A stretch of 64,000 nt of DNA from Octopus vulgaris (taxonomy: Eukaryota), in the NCBI GenBank assembly GCA_951406725.2, contig CATOCA020000002.1:1116001-1180000 (forward strand), in the 5' to 3' direction. The notes under the pieces are model-generated. The model was given only the letters and a program-made list of their open reading frames with translations. It did not search any database and was not told the DNA's origin. Below, piece after piece: positions 47,188 to 60,698 of this stretch (its first letter is position 1; every line of letters begins with the position of its first letter). Position numbers and translations under genes: made by a program.

Positions 47188-49473
47188 ATCTTAGAGGGTA
47201 ATGAAAGGAAAAGAAAAAGGGGAAAAAGTTCATTAAGCTTACATTTTAGTGACTTGTTGGGTTCCACATGTTTGTAGTTTCCTCCATTAGATGCATGGGG
47301 TAGGAAGTGGGGACAATGATTATTTGACTGGCAGTGTTAGCCTAAGGAATTATACCTGGTGGAAATATCCGGTGTTGTTATTTGTAATATATAACGCTGT
47401 TTGTGACCTCTAGGTTAGTCCCTCTGATTACAAAGGATGCCCTTGTTAAAAACTAAGGACGGTATTTAAAGTTTGTATGACATAATGTATACATATGGGC
47501 CATGTAAAGAAATAATAAAAAGATTTGACGAGTACATAAATAAGAATCAATAAAATCAATAGAAATTATAACATGTAATGTGAGTTGGTAATCTAGCTTT
47601 AAAGTCAATATATTATATAGGATTATATACCCTTGTGTACAATGTAGATTTTTAATAGATAGTTCAGTTAGTTGGGGTATCTAATTTAAAATTGTGAAGT
47701 TAAATTATGTTCTGTAGTAAGTGGGAGGTTTAGGTGAGGTAATAAGATGTTAGGCAGGTCCACTAATATAAGGATTAGCGATATTTTGAGAATAAGAATT
47801 TATCTTTATACAAACATGTTCTATTTTTCTTATTTCATTTATTACGAATTGGGTACAGAAAGCACTGTTAACAACCCTTTACTTCTTTATTCAATATACT
47901 CAGCTATTTGCAGCTCATCATCATTATTGTTTGCAGTTCTTATTCATAAAAGTAAATGTACAAGTAAAAATCCTGATACTTTTTTTTTTGGTGGGGGTGA
48001 AGAAATATGAGTATGACTGAATGTACTATAGTAACACAATAAAAAATGAGAGGGGAAAAAAAAAATTGAGGTATCAACTGGAGAGACAACATCCATATGA
48101 ACATTATATGTTGGGTGAAAAATACTGTGTGTTGATAACAGAAAATGTCCATGACAGAGAATAGCTAATGAAAACCTGTAAACCATAATTAAAATAAACT
48201 CAATAGCACTTAGTTTTAAAGAGAAGGTGATATAAAATTAAGGCATATAGAAAGATGTTCTACTGTGAAAACATCCCAACCATAATATAATTGAAAAATA
48301 GATGATGATGATAATAATAAGGATGTATCAGAGAACTTCATCTGATGCCTTTAATTTAGAATACATAATACCTGTTCAAGTGTATTATATCAAAAGAAAT
48401 TTAAATATTTATCTGTTGATCATGGAGAACACAACTGTTGCAGCCTATCAGCTGAGCTTAAATATTTAGGTTTTATGCAGAGAATGACACAACTAGATAT
48501 TATCTCTGTATATATAAAATTCTCTGTCTGTCTGTTCCCTATGCATTCTCAAACGGCTTGACCAAATCAAATCAAATTTGTGAATGTCAACATGTAATTT
48601 TTTTTTCATTTGGATTAAAACAATATAACATAGGCACTGATTCAGTATTATGTGTCAAAAGTGAAAGAATAAGATCTATATTGTAATGTGATATAATATT
48701 GTTTCACTTTTATTCTTTCCCTTTTCATTCTAATGTGATAACACTAAGATCATCTTATTTCTATTGAATTTGAAATAAATGAATAATTTATATCCTAATA
48801 TGAACATTACGCATCAGCAACTTTCCATCTTTACAGCCATGACATCGGAATGATGTGTCAGTGTATGTGTGTTTACTGACATAACAGCTTAAGGTGAAAC
48901 TCTTGACAAAAAACAATGAGGTGGCAGGTCCAAGGTATATAAAAGCACACACTTACCATTCAATTACTAGTTAATAATTATCGCAGCAGTTGCAAGATAT
49001 TTACAATTATAAATTAGCAGTTCATACATGTGCTTCTATTTGATTAATTTGCTTATATTTGGTTAATTTATACTGCATACAAAATTAAAGACATACCACA
49101 TACATACAACTGCTTACAAAAATAGAGATTAATGTATAATTTATTTCTATGTTCATAATTTTTTGTTTACAATATTGAAAAATGCCACCAAAGAAAAGAT
49201 GTAATCTCTCCAGAAACAACTATAATGCAAGAAGGATTGTAGAAAACCAAAGGAAAGAGACTCAAGAGAGAAGGAAGATGAGACTTTCACAAGATCAGCA
49301 AGTGCATGCTGTAGCATGTCAAATAACTTGATTACAAACATAACAGAATAACTTCAAATTTAAATTGAAAATTCCTTAGTAAAATGAAAAAAAGATGAAT
49401 AAAATTGCTCATATTTTCAAAAATTCCATTTTCAGAAACAGCGTGTAAAAAGAAAAAAAGAACTATAACTTAC

Positions 49474-49573
49474 ATATCATCCTCAGCATCAAGAGCTGTC
49501 TGAGAAGGGAAAATGTCAGATTGCTTGATATATAACCAAAGATCTTTCATTTCAGATTTGAAGCATTTAGGAC
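49474..49573 (-). CDS. NCAPG2: NCAPG2-like internal exon (PKCFKSEMKDLWLYIKQSDIFPSQTALDAEDD)
   Basis: TTTTACTTCAG| ... |GTAAGT; 100 nt, phase 1 to 2, open frame continuous with neighbouring exons. Confidence 0.75.
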
Positions 49574-50009
49574 CTGAAGTAAAAGGTAAAAGGGATACAA
49601 TCTGTAGTTGCAGTGAAAATGTTATAACATGATACTAAATGTCAAGACAGCCATTTTTTAATGGTTTCATCAGGTTCCAGAGTTACTGAGACTAGTTAGA
49701 TTTATAGGGTTCATGTTCATGAACAAGAATTCCAGACAATTGATGTATTGGAGAAGGATTAGAGTAAATTGTTGGTGTAGTCTGGAGAAGTGAGGATCAT
49801 AGTAAAGGTAAAGAGAGTAAAAGAGTGGAGTGTGTCAAATGGTGGGGATAGTATACAATATGCAAGCCAAAAGGAAGAAAGAGGGAACAGTGTGCTTGTG
49901 GATTACAAGTTGAAGTGTATTGGTGGATGACTTCTTAGACAACTCACAGGAAAGATGTTTATGTAAAAACAGCAACCATCCCAAATATAAATAGATAAGA
50001 AGTTCACTT

Positions 50010-50140
50010 TGTAAACACAAGGTGTCATGTTCAATCACATCTGTGGCACCTTAGGCAAATGGCCTTTTCCATAACTTGAAGTTGACACAAACCCTGTGAG
50101 AGAAGGCGGATAGACAGGCACTGTGTGGAAATCTGTCGGG
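50010..50140 (+). mobile_element. tRNA-headed SINE-like fragment (related minus-strand copies at ~61970-62097 and ~63400-63600)
   Basis: GTTCAAT...GTGGCACCTTAGGCAA...TGTGAG...GTGGAAATCTGTCG pattern. Confidence 0.5.
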
Positions 50141-51849
50141 TGGATTGCATTATAAATTCTAAGTGATGTAGGTTTTTTTAAAAATTTTGTTGTTATTGTT
50201 TGCCATAGGTAAGTTATTTGTTATAGCAGTTTTGACATAGCTATAGTCTCTAGGTTCTATTTATCACTGATTCTATGAAAAGTTGCTTCACTGAAGGAGA
50301 AACTGCTTATCTATTTACTTATTGCTATAGGCAAATTGCTCAATAACATTCAGTGAAAGATGAAAAGTCAGCAGATCACAGGTTAGTTTTTACTGTTATT
50401 TCCAGGTTAAATTTTTGAATGCGAATTAATTTTTCCTGAACATGTTGCCTGTGCATCCTTCCCAGTTTACAGCTCAAGTTAATGTCTATCTGTCCTAGTT
50501 CACATAGGCATAATAGACCTACAAGTTCACACATGTTTTGTCATAACTGTCAATAAAAATATAAATGTTTGTTTATCCACTTTTTTTGAACATTTGAATG
50601 TCTAGAATATTCTATAGTTTTGTGCTCCTTTTATGTCATATTGGTTAACACTTACAATGTGAAATTGGATTAACTCTTGATCAGTTAATCAGAGTAAATA
50701 TCGGCATGAGTTTGAAGTTGTTTTTTTTTAGCATAATACAAGCAATTTTCTTGGTTATGCAGTTAGCTCTGTGTGTATGTAGAGCTTGATTGCAACCTGT
50801 TTTGCATGTGCATTGAAGTTATATGTGTTACTGTAAGTTATTAGCATGAAACCATGGTATGGGAGTAACTAAAGAGTCACTAAATACTTACATATACATC
50901 TATTATACATTTGAGAAAGTTTGTGTGTGCACACAGGCATGTTCATTTTCCCAACTTTCTACTGTTTGTCACTATCATTGTTTCTCTGCTCCCAGCACAG
51001 ATAAATCTGTTTCACAGTTCTACCCTCTCTGCCTGCACCTCACTGAAAGCTTAATATTTCCAATCATTCTTATTCCCATCTCTCTGTCACTCTCTATTTC
51101 TGTCAAACACACACACAATTTTTTTTGAGCTCTCTGCCATTCTCATACCCTTCTTTCTCCCTTGAGACTTAGTAATAATGTAACAGTTTTAACAGAATAC
51201 TTAATTAATGTTAAACTGTTGCTGATTATGACATAACAATAGGAAGATAAATTTCATGGATGTACAGTCATTGCTAAAAATGATGTCTCCCTCAATTGCC
51301 ATGGAAAAAAGAATTGTCACACATTTTGATCTGGTTTACAAATAAGATTTACTTCAATAATATCTGCAGAGCTTCAGATCCATACAAGAAGAAAGAGATC
51401 TTCAATATTGTTAAAACTCAGTTGGTTCAGGATTCCTGTGGTGCTCTCAACAAGTCAGCTAGCATGGAAAACAGTATCCAAGATTATAATAGATGAATAT
51501 GACTAAGAAGAGCACCAGAGAATAGATGTTTCTAACACTAGATTGGACAGGATGAAATTGGTGCTCCTACTGAAAGCTAATGTGATAAGTTTTGAGTATC
51601 ATTAGAAGAAAGTATACTTTAAATGTCACTCAACAAGAATGCTTCTTTCTATGACTTCTCCATAAAGAAGGAGATGCAAGTTCATTTCAAGATATTCAAA
51701 TAATCAATGACAAAATTTGCACCAATTATAGAGAGAAAAGCTTTTTTTTTTGGTTGCAGCATAGTCAGAAGATTCTTTAACTCAAACAGCCTATGAACTT
51801 TCTTTTTTTCATATTTGTTGGATGGATCTTTTACATTGCAGCATCTAAC

Positions 51850-52640
51850 TATTTGTTGCATTTTTGTCATTTTGAGACCAGCTTTAACTACTTCTGTCCA
51901 TTTTGACCTTGGTTTTTGTCCTCCACAGTTCCCTTCCACTTGGATATCATGGCACTTTTTTACATATCTGTTATCCTTCATACACATTACTTCCATAAAA
52001 ATGTACCCTTTGCTGCTGCACACAAAAACTAATTCCTCTTATACTCAGGTTATCATTCACCTCATCTATACTATGCTACTCATGCATACTAAACATTAAC
52101 CATTCAGGAGAGCATGATTGCTTCATTTCACTCGAACTTGTGCCTATCTTCTGTATTTGGTGTCCACATCTCACTTTGTACACAAGCAACATGCAATCTA
52201 CTCATCACACAGAGAATCCATCTGTTGCAAACAGAAGTAACAACAACTTAAATTTTTTCCCCACATTGTATTTATTCTGGTTATTATGCTTGTAGAGTAC
52301 TCTCCTCTACAGTTGATTGGCTGCCCATGTAACAGAAGCTACCAGCTATGTCTATAGCAATGAAAGGAATATATTTTACTTCTGCACTGACTGCTAACCA
52401 CTCCTGTACATCTACCATAAACAAAGCCTTATTTCATTGTCAGTCTATCTGTTATCCCAGCACAAATTTTCAGCACTCCTAATTCACATAGTTCATCCCA
52501 TAAGGAGTTCCGAACCTACTTCTATTCTGCATATCAAACTCAGTCATTCCCCTAATAACACAAAAGTCCTGCTCGCTTTTCTATTTACTAAAACTTAGGT
52601 CTTGACTTTAGTCTTCGCAGTTCTAGGTTTTGCTTTCACA
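51850..52640 (-). mobile_element. Old RTE-clade fragment (RT C-terminus)
   Basis: Minus-strand KDNRYVKKCHDIQVEGNCGGQKPRSKWTEVV, homologous to the 3' end of the other RTE copies. Confidence 0.7.
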
Positions 52641-52976
52641 TCTGGAATTTCTCTTAAGACCATATACTTTACCCTTTTGATATAAATATACCGAAGACCA
52701 TTTCTAAATCCATGATGCAAAACCACTTATGTGTTCATATTTAGACTATTTTGTTTCATTCTGTCCCAAACACCAAATTAATCATGAAAAGTTATTTTGT
52801 TAAATTCCTCTAAAGGAACTGAAACATACATTTGTTATGAAATATGTAATAAAGAAAGGAAGACTAACATTTCATCTTGAAAGTATCACTGAAGATAAAG
52901 TAATAATAACCATCATTTATATACTGAAATATAAGATATAAGATAAAAATAAGAAGAAATGTCTGATAATACTTAC

Positions 52977-53083
52977 TGTAATTTAATGTATTAAGCAGAT
53001 ATAAAAGACTGTAAAATTGATGGTAGTTTTTAAATGTATCTGGTTTTGATTGGGTAAATGTATGAAGTTCCTTTAAAAAATAC
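52977..53083 (-). CDS. NCAPG2: NCAPG2-like internal exon (YFLKELHTFTQSKPDTFKNYHQFYSLLYLLNTLNY)
   Basis: TTTTTCTATTGTAG| ... |GTAAGT; 107 nt, phase 2 to 1. Confidence 0.78.
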
Positions 53084-53150
53084 CTACAATAGAAAAAGTA
53101 TGTTCATGAAAAAAAAAAAAAGAGAAAAACTGAAGAAAATTGTAAATATA

Positions 53151-54060
53151 CAGGGTGGGAGGGATATTTCAGAACATCTAATTTTCAGTGCATTACTCTC
53201 AACAAACTAAGAAGTTTCAAATCACCTAAGTTAGACAAAATGCTAACATAAGAAGTGAAAAGAAATGCAATCATTGTTGCCCTATGTGCCAACTTTCTAA
53301 ATGTTGCAAGATCTTTTGTACATAAACTTTGGATGGAAATGGAAGCTTCTGGCAGAAATATTTCAACTCTATCAAAGAGAAAAAAACATTCTAAATGTTT
53401 AGACACAATAAGGACATGACAATTCATCCAATGGATTCCAAACATTATTGATGAAGATCCTAGAAAATGAATAGAGTCATCATCAAAGAACTTTGGGTGC
53501 TAGAGTAAACTGACACACAAGGATATTTGATACAAGTCATAAATACTGAGAAGGGGACCAATTCATATCTGCAAAGACACAGAAAAAACCATTTGATCGT
53601 CCCAAGCATTACTTAACAAGTAACTGCATAGCATGCTTTGGCTTTTCTCTGATGAGAAAAACTTCAACAAAGACCAAAAGTCTAACAGGAGAAAAGACAG
53701 ATGGTTCTATGCAAACACTTTGATGCCCCTGGAGTGATGGACACTAAGTTTCAAGCAGCTTTGATGGTTTTAGGAGTGATGAATAACGAAGGCTATGTCA
53801 TGCCACCTCACAACTTTCTACAGGGTCTTAAAATTAATGCTGCTCAGGTGTTGGAGACCGTTGTTGAGTCCTGAATGGATGAGATATGCAGTGGTAGGTT
53901 ATATGTGCTTCAATAAAACTCAGCACCTTGCAAAGCCCACATTACCCAAGAATGGATGTTAGATCATACAACGCCAAGTTAGTGTCCTCCAACTCACCAG
54001 ATCTAAATCTCATAGACTATTACATTTGGTGCATTGTTGAAAGAGAGACGTCTTGAAAAT
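53151..54060 (+). mobile_element. Tc1/mariner-superfamily transposon remnant (possibly maT/DD37D-type)
   Basis: TA-CAGGGTG start; WLFSDEKNF, LMVLGV, SAPC and NSPDLNLIDYYIWCIVE motifs. Confidence 0.75.
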
Positions 54061-54729
54061 ATTATAGCTTCAGTGAAGGCTGTGTGTGGGTGTGTATGAG
54101 GGGAAGGGAGGGTATGATCATAAAGGATATGCCAGTATGTATGGATAGCTACAATTTTACTTAGCTTGACGTGTCTTCTCAAGCACAGAAAATCACCAGA
54201 AGTTTTGGTCTCTTGTCATTCGGCATTGAATAAAGCAAGTAATGTTCTTGGTGGTAAAGATGAAACAGCTGGTGATTCTCAACCAGGGTCCATATGACCC
54301 TTGGGAGTCCAAATAAGATTTTGTCATTAATGTGTATGCGCAATAAATTGGATATATTTCATAATACAGAAAATATTTCATTTTTTTTTTAACGCAATTC
54401 CTAATAATATTTAGTTATGAACATACAATAAGACTTTTTTCTCCCTCTCTTTCATGCTCATTTATTTATTGTCATTTATTCATTCATTTATCTAATTTTG
54501 CCACAGTTAACGCAAATGCCCAATTCTATCTCATTATTATTATTATTATTACTACTATTCTTTCACACTGGTAGCCTGAGGTTCCTGCGTTTTTGCATTG
54601 CCCCCCCCCCCCGTACCAGAAGTCTTTATCTTCTGACCTCTATCAGATGTCTTTCTCCTGAACGCCTCCAAAGGCTCAATGTTCCCCCCACCCCTATTTA
54701 TGGCTTATCTCCTATGTAATGTAGAGATC

Positions 54730-57700
54730 ATGTAGTACAAAAAATGATGGTGTAGTGTATGCAGGTTGAAGGCTATTGCATGTTTATGAGTTCTGCCAAA
54801 TGCGAGCTTTCTTTTCAGGTACTTGATGCTGCTGTCCCCCATCCCAGGGCCTTGCAGGACCACACCTTCCACAGCCTCAGAGTTGGCACATTGAAAGGTA
54901 AGATGCTTGAACAGAAGTGTAGATTTGTGCTGCATCCCAAAAGTAAGATGGAGAGGAAGTTCTGCAAGGTTACTCAGAGGCTGGGTAGGGAACACTGACG
55001 GGGTTGGGATGTGGGTATACTTCTTGCACAAAAATGGGTTGATAAGGTAATCAAGGTAGTCAGAGTCTGTAATAGAATACTTAAGCTTAGATTAGTGCTG
55101 CAACATGGATTAGCAACCATTATCTCAGCCAGAGCTACCTGATGAACAGAAAGACTGATATTATGACACTCTCTTGCAGACTACCTTTTCGATGAATGAC
55201 AGGGACCTTCTCTTTGTGGCTGGCATCTTCAATGAGGATGTTGGACAACATGCAAGGGGTTTCCATGACATACATGGTGGCTGTGGTTTTGGTTCCCACA
55301 ATGAGGAAGGAACCAGGCTGCTGGAGTTCTTACAAACCATAAGATCATTTGCAATAATCTTATGGTTTGTAATACTAACTCCAGGAAACTTGCCAGTCAC
55401 CTACCACCTACCGGTTTGGTGGACACACTAGTCAAATTGACTACATCCTCGCCAGGAAATGGGAAAGAAGGTTACTTATAAATTCCAAAACCTTCCTAGG
55501 TGAATAATGCACCCTGCAACATAGATTAATAGTTAGCAACTTCAGGATCAGGGCTAAATGGATGCCCAGAAGACGACCAGCATGAAAAAGAAGGTTCAGG
55601 AAACTCAAGGATCCTGTGAATGGACAGAGATTTAGAGACGTATTACTCGAAGCTTTTGATGAAAAAGTGGAGGATATAGCATCACATAATATGGAAGACA
55701 ACTAGAGGTTCCTACAGGACAACCTGTTGAGGGCTCCTGACCAGATCTGTGGATGGTACAAAGTCCCCTCTTGACCCAAGGTGATGTGGTGGTGGAACAA
55801 TGTAGTTGACAGGGCCATTAAGGAAAAGAAACAGGCATGGAAGGACTGAAAGAATGGTGGTAGCAGGAAATTGTATCAGATTGCCAGAAGGGAAGCTAGG
55901 AGAAAGGTTTACTTAGGCAGAGGGAAAATATTTGCCAATGTTCTGCATCATGAGAACCAAAGGCTTGAAGTGTTTCATGTTGCAAGACAGTGTGTCAGAG
56001 AGAATTGTGATGTCATAAGAGAGAAATGTGTCTGAATGGATGATGGCTCACTTGCATTTAATGAGGCTGCAAAGAAAGAGACTTGGAGATGCCACTGTGA
56101 AAGGTTGCTAAATGAAGAGAATGAATGGGAGAAAGAGAGCCTGCCAAATGCGGACTCAACTAAGAGATCAGCTATCCAAATTAACAGTACCTTGGTGGAT
56201 AAAGCAATTAAGGGTATGAAGACAGGGAAACCCCCGGTCCATCAGGAATCACTGCAGGGAGGCTTAAAATATCTGGCGGTGTCAGCGATAGTCTAGTTAC
56301 CCATATAACTACAGAGATGCTTAAAATATCTGACGGTGTCGGCTATAGTCTAGTTACCCATATAACCACAGAGATGCTTGAAATATCTGGCGGTGTCAGC
56401 TATAGTCCAGTTACCCATATAGTCAATCAGGTGATACATGAAGGAGTCATACACAATGACTTCTGTAGCAGCACCATAGTTAACTGCTACAAAGGTAAAG
56501 GTGATGCATTAGATATGAATAATTACAGAGGTATCAAGTTGTTGGATTAGGTAATGAAATTCAGAGAGAGGGTCTAAGTCCAACTAATTAGGGAGAGAGG
56601 TAGTTTAAGTGAGATGCAGTTTGGGTTTGTGCCAGGGAAAAGTACCACTGATGCTATATTTCTAGTAAGACAGCTGCAGGAGAAATACCCAGCCAAAGAT
56701 AAACCTCTTTACTTGGCCTTTGTCAGGGTCCCCAATCCCTTATCTGGTGGTCAATGCGGAAACGAGGGATAGATGAGTGGATAGTGAGAGCTGTACAAGC
56801 CATGAAGGTGAGGGTTGACAATGAGTGAAGAATTCTGGGTAGGGGTAGGGATCCACCAAGGATCAGTCCTCCGACCCCTCTTATTCATCATAGTCTTCCA
56901 GGCAATTACAGAAGAATTCAAGACAGAATACTCCTGGGAGCTTCTCTATGCTGATGACCATGCTCTAACAGCTGAGTCACTATCAGAACTAAAGGAGAAG
57001 TTTCAGGTGTGGAAACAAGGTCTAGAATTGAAGGGCCTTGGAGTCAATCTAGCAAAAACCAATATCTTAATAAGTAGGAAGGCAGACAAATCACAAATCC
57101 CTTCAGGTAGATGGCCCTGCTTGACCTGTAGAAAAGGCGTAGGGAGAAACTCTATAAGATGTACCCAGTGTAAGCTATGGATACATAAGAGGTGCAGCAA
57201 TATCAAAGGAAGGCTAACTGGGAAGATAGTTTTTGTGTGTGGCAAATGCTCAGGGGCAATAAACACTGAAAATATGCAGAAAACAGCTTCCGTTACATGC
57301 CAGAGGGAAAAACTAGAAGTAGTTGATAGCTTCCATTACCTAGGTGACCAAGTCAGTAGCAGGGGTGGATGTTTTGAGATTGTGGCTGCTAGAATAAGAA
57401 TAGCCTGGGCAAAGTTCAGAGAGCTCCTACCTCTGCTGGTGACAAAGGGCCTCTCACTCAGAGTAAAAGGTAGACTGTATGACGCATGTGTGGTGAACAG
57501 CTACATAACAGTGAAACATGGGCCATGAGTGCTGAGGACATGCGTAAGCTTGCATGCTCCACTGGATGTGTAATGTCAGTGTGCATACATGACAGAGTGT
57601 AAGCACCCTGTGAGAAAAGTTGGACATCAGAAGCATCAGATGTGGTGTGAAAGAGAGACAACTGCACTGATATGGATGAGGACAGCTGTGTGAAAAAGTG

Positions 57701-58383
57701 TCACACCCTAGCAGTAGAGGGAACCTGTGGAAGAGGTAGACCCAGAAAGACCTGTGAAGTATGACCATTGAATGTTGGGCCTCACAGAGGCGATGACAAG
57801 TGATGAAGACATTTGGAGATATGCTGTGCTTGAGAAGACCCGGCAAGCCAAGTGAGACTGTAACCATGGCCTATGCCAATGCAGCATAACTGGCCCATTT
57901 AAGAGCGTCCTTCAATTATTAGGCAATAAACTGTGCTTGCGAAGACCTGTTGAGTCAAGTGAAGTCATTGTTGTGGCTGATGCCAGTAACACCTGACTGG
58001 CACCCATGCTGGTGGTACATAAAAAGCCCTATTTGAGCGTGGTCAATGCCAGTGCTGCCAGACTGGTCCTGTGCCGGTGGCACATAAAAAGCAACATTCA
58101 AGCATTGTTGTTGGTAGTGCTGTCTGACTGGCTTCTGTGCCAATGGCATGTAAAAAGCATCATTCAAGCATGGTGAATGCCAGTACTGCCTGACTGGTCC
58201 TTGTGCCAGTGGCACATAAAAGCACCCACTACACTCTGGAGAGGTTGGCATTAGGAAGGGCATCCAGCTGTAGAAAACTGCCTGATCAGATTGGAGCCTG
58301 ATACAGCCTTCTGAGTTGCCAGTCCTCAGTCAAACCCAATCCAGCATGGAACGTGGACGTTGAACAACAATGATGATGACGAT
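54730..58383 (+). mobile_element. RTE-clade LINE, near full length, decayed, with 3' UTR and (GAT)n tail
   Basis: APE remnants, NYRGIKLL, GIHQGSVLRPLLF, LYADD, PHD-like finger and FHYLGD; internal ~57-bp triplication at ~56252-56420. Confidence 0.92.
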
Positions 58384-59374
58384 GGGGATCAAGTAGAGTA
58401 AAATAGGAATCAAAGGAATCCATAGGCAAAAAACAGTTAAGAACCACTGCTTTAAATGAAGGGATGGACCCTGTAGCAAAAGCAGGAAAAAAAAAATTCA
58501 GGTTGGATCTAACCAAAAAGTTACACAGACTACAGTTGTATTTTAAGAAAGGAACTTCAGAGAAGTGGGAAGTGGTAGAGTCAGATTGAAAAAAGACAGA
58601 TGTACTGGAGGATGATGTGCCGTAAAGATAAGGTGTTAAGATGAAGGTGAGGGGAAGGGAAGGTTGTTATGAGACATGAAGGTAGAAGTATGGTCAGTAA
58701 TGCATGGAAACTGATGTCAACAGCAGGTTGGGGATAACTATGTTGTGAGGTAACAGATCATTTGGTGCAGTCATAACCATACAGGTGGCAGGGGTGAAGG
58801 GATTGCAAGTAAAAAATAACATATTTGATGTGAGTCAAGTAGGAAGAAGTGACAGCAAAGTTGGAGTGGGAATCAGGGAGTTTGTAAAAGACAGAGGTAG
58901 AGAGGCTGGGTTAATCAATAGAAATAGAGATGTTCAAGAAGTTGTGTCAATGGGGGATGTAAAATCTAATGCACAATAGGAGTTGACAAATGTGATGAAT
59001 ATGAGCTGTTCACTGATAAGTGAAGTGGTAGTAACAAATCATCACCTGTATAGCTTGGGAGAGAAGTCCAGTGAGCTTTGTGAAGCTTTAGCCCTCAACA
59101 TGGCAAACAAACAAGTTGGCATGGTTGGAACTATGGGAAGAAATGTCTCATTATAGTAAATATTATTTTATGAAATTATTCTACAAATGCCAATCAAAAA
59201 TAATATAGGGCATAACAGTTTATTCGAGTATTTTGTGGTAGATTTCCCCTTTTTTTAATGTATTCTGTATCTATAGATTTTTAGTTTTTTTCAATTCAAG
59301 ATTTATCATCCACACACAAAACAAAAAATAACTAACAACACTTTGCAGTATCATAAAGGGTACAAGAGACAGAC

Positions 59375-59469
59375 CTTATTAAAAACGGTTTTTTAAAAAT
59401 AATATTCAGTAGCCATAGTGATACAAGCTTTATATTCTGGAAATTTGAAGGCACTTCATTGATGTCATT
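59375..59469 (-). CDS. NCAPG2: NCAPG2-like internal exon (NDINEVPSNFQNIKLVSLWLLNIIFKKPFLI-R)
   Basis: TTTTTATTGTTATCTGCAG| ... AG|GTCTGT; 95 nt, phase 0 to 2, exactly bridging the flanking exons. Confidence 0.75.
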
Positions 59470-60112
59470 CTGCAGATAACAATAAAAATTGATTAGTAAA
59501 GGGATTAGCACAATTTTGACTATATAACTGAGTGATTCAAAAATGAATTAGTCTGTAAAATACAATATGAATCATCAATATTGCATAAATTCCATTTAAT
59601 TTTATTCTGGTTGCTAGATAAAAATATTTAAGCCATTAAAAATATAATTTAGTGCTTATACACTATAAAAATCTAAGCCTCTTCATAATATGTGTCTAAT
59701 AAACATATAACTCTTTCTGAACATATATGAAATACATTTGGTTCTAAAACTTAATACTTTAAATTAAACAAATATTAAATGCAAATGTTACTTTTTCAAA
59801 GTTTTCACAAATGAGACTATGTGAAACAGTAAAATGGAGTGATTGGAGCTGTATACATAGAATTTCAGTTTCTATCTACTTTCATTGTTCAACATTATGC
59901 ATAAATAATCTTATTTGGCAAAGTAACTACATTATTAAAGAGCTTCAAATTTAAAACAAATTCAAGGGCAAACTGTAGAAATGTTTGACTTTATGTTCCA
60001 TAATTGCATATATATTTTTAAAAACATCTTAACTATACAAGACTACAACAACATTCTTGAAATAATATTAAAAAATAAATAAAATTCAAACTACACAAGA
60101 ACATTACAATAC

Positions 60113-60256
60113 CTGCTCACTAGCAAAAGAAAGTTCTGAAAGAATTGCAGTTAAAATAGTCTGAAAGAAGCAACTTAACATTGTTCCTCTGTGAGTAGAA
60201 AATTCATAGATTGTTGATAGAAGATTTGACATGTGTAACCTTGAAGAATTCAAAAT
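60113..60256 (-). CDS. NCAPG2: NCAPG2-like internal exon (ILNSSRLHMSNLLSTIYEFSTHRGTMLSCFFQTILTAILSELSFASEQ)
   Basis: TTTGTTTTTATTACAG| ... CAG|GTATTG; 144 nt. The spliced peptide pattern T..E[LI]S..D..E..P..S..L..II.K....R.FL.EL matches my recollection of the NCAPG2 C-terminus. Upstream exons lie beyond the window or were not seen. Confidence 0.75.
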
Positions 60257-60405
60257 CTGTAATAAAAACAAATTAAAAGAACAAACATCAGTTAAATAAT
60301 ATTTTATTTCCTTATATTGAAGAAATTTCATTCCTCTGACAAAAAAAAAGTGAAGTTTCATTTAATAAAAGACATTTATGTTTGATGACAGTCATATCTG
60401 ATTAA

Positions 60406-60613
60406 CCCTTTAGCATTCAGATTATTTTATCAAATGTAATGTTCATATTGTTTTGAATTAAACATGCATTATCTTCTAGCTTTGAGATTTTCATGATGTA
60501 ATTGCTTAATTTTAGGACATTGCAGGATAGGTGTGAGAGGCTGCATCTGATTGGTTTGAACATAAAACACACAGAATATTTAGGCAGGACATGGTGGTTT
60601 GAATGCTAAAGGG
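60406..60613. mobile_element. piggyBac-type MITE
   Basis: TTAA|CCCTTTAGCATTCA ... TGAATGCTAAAGGG|TTAA: 14-bp TIRs and TTAA target site duplication. Confidence 0.85.
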
Positions 60614-60698
60614 TTAACATATTCCTCATAGGTCAAAATTATCAATATAAATTTTCTACATGGTACAGCAGTGTCTGTCTGTCTATTTATCTATCTAA

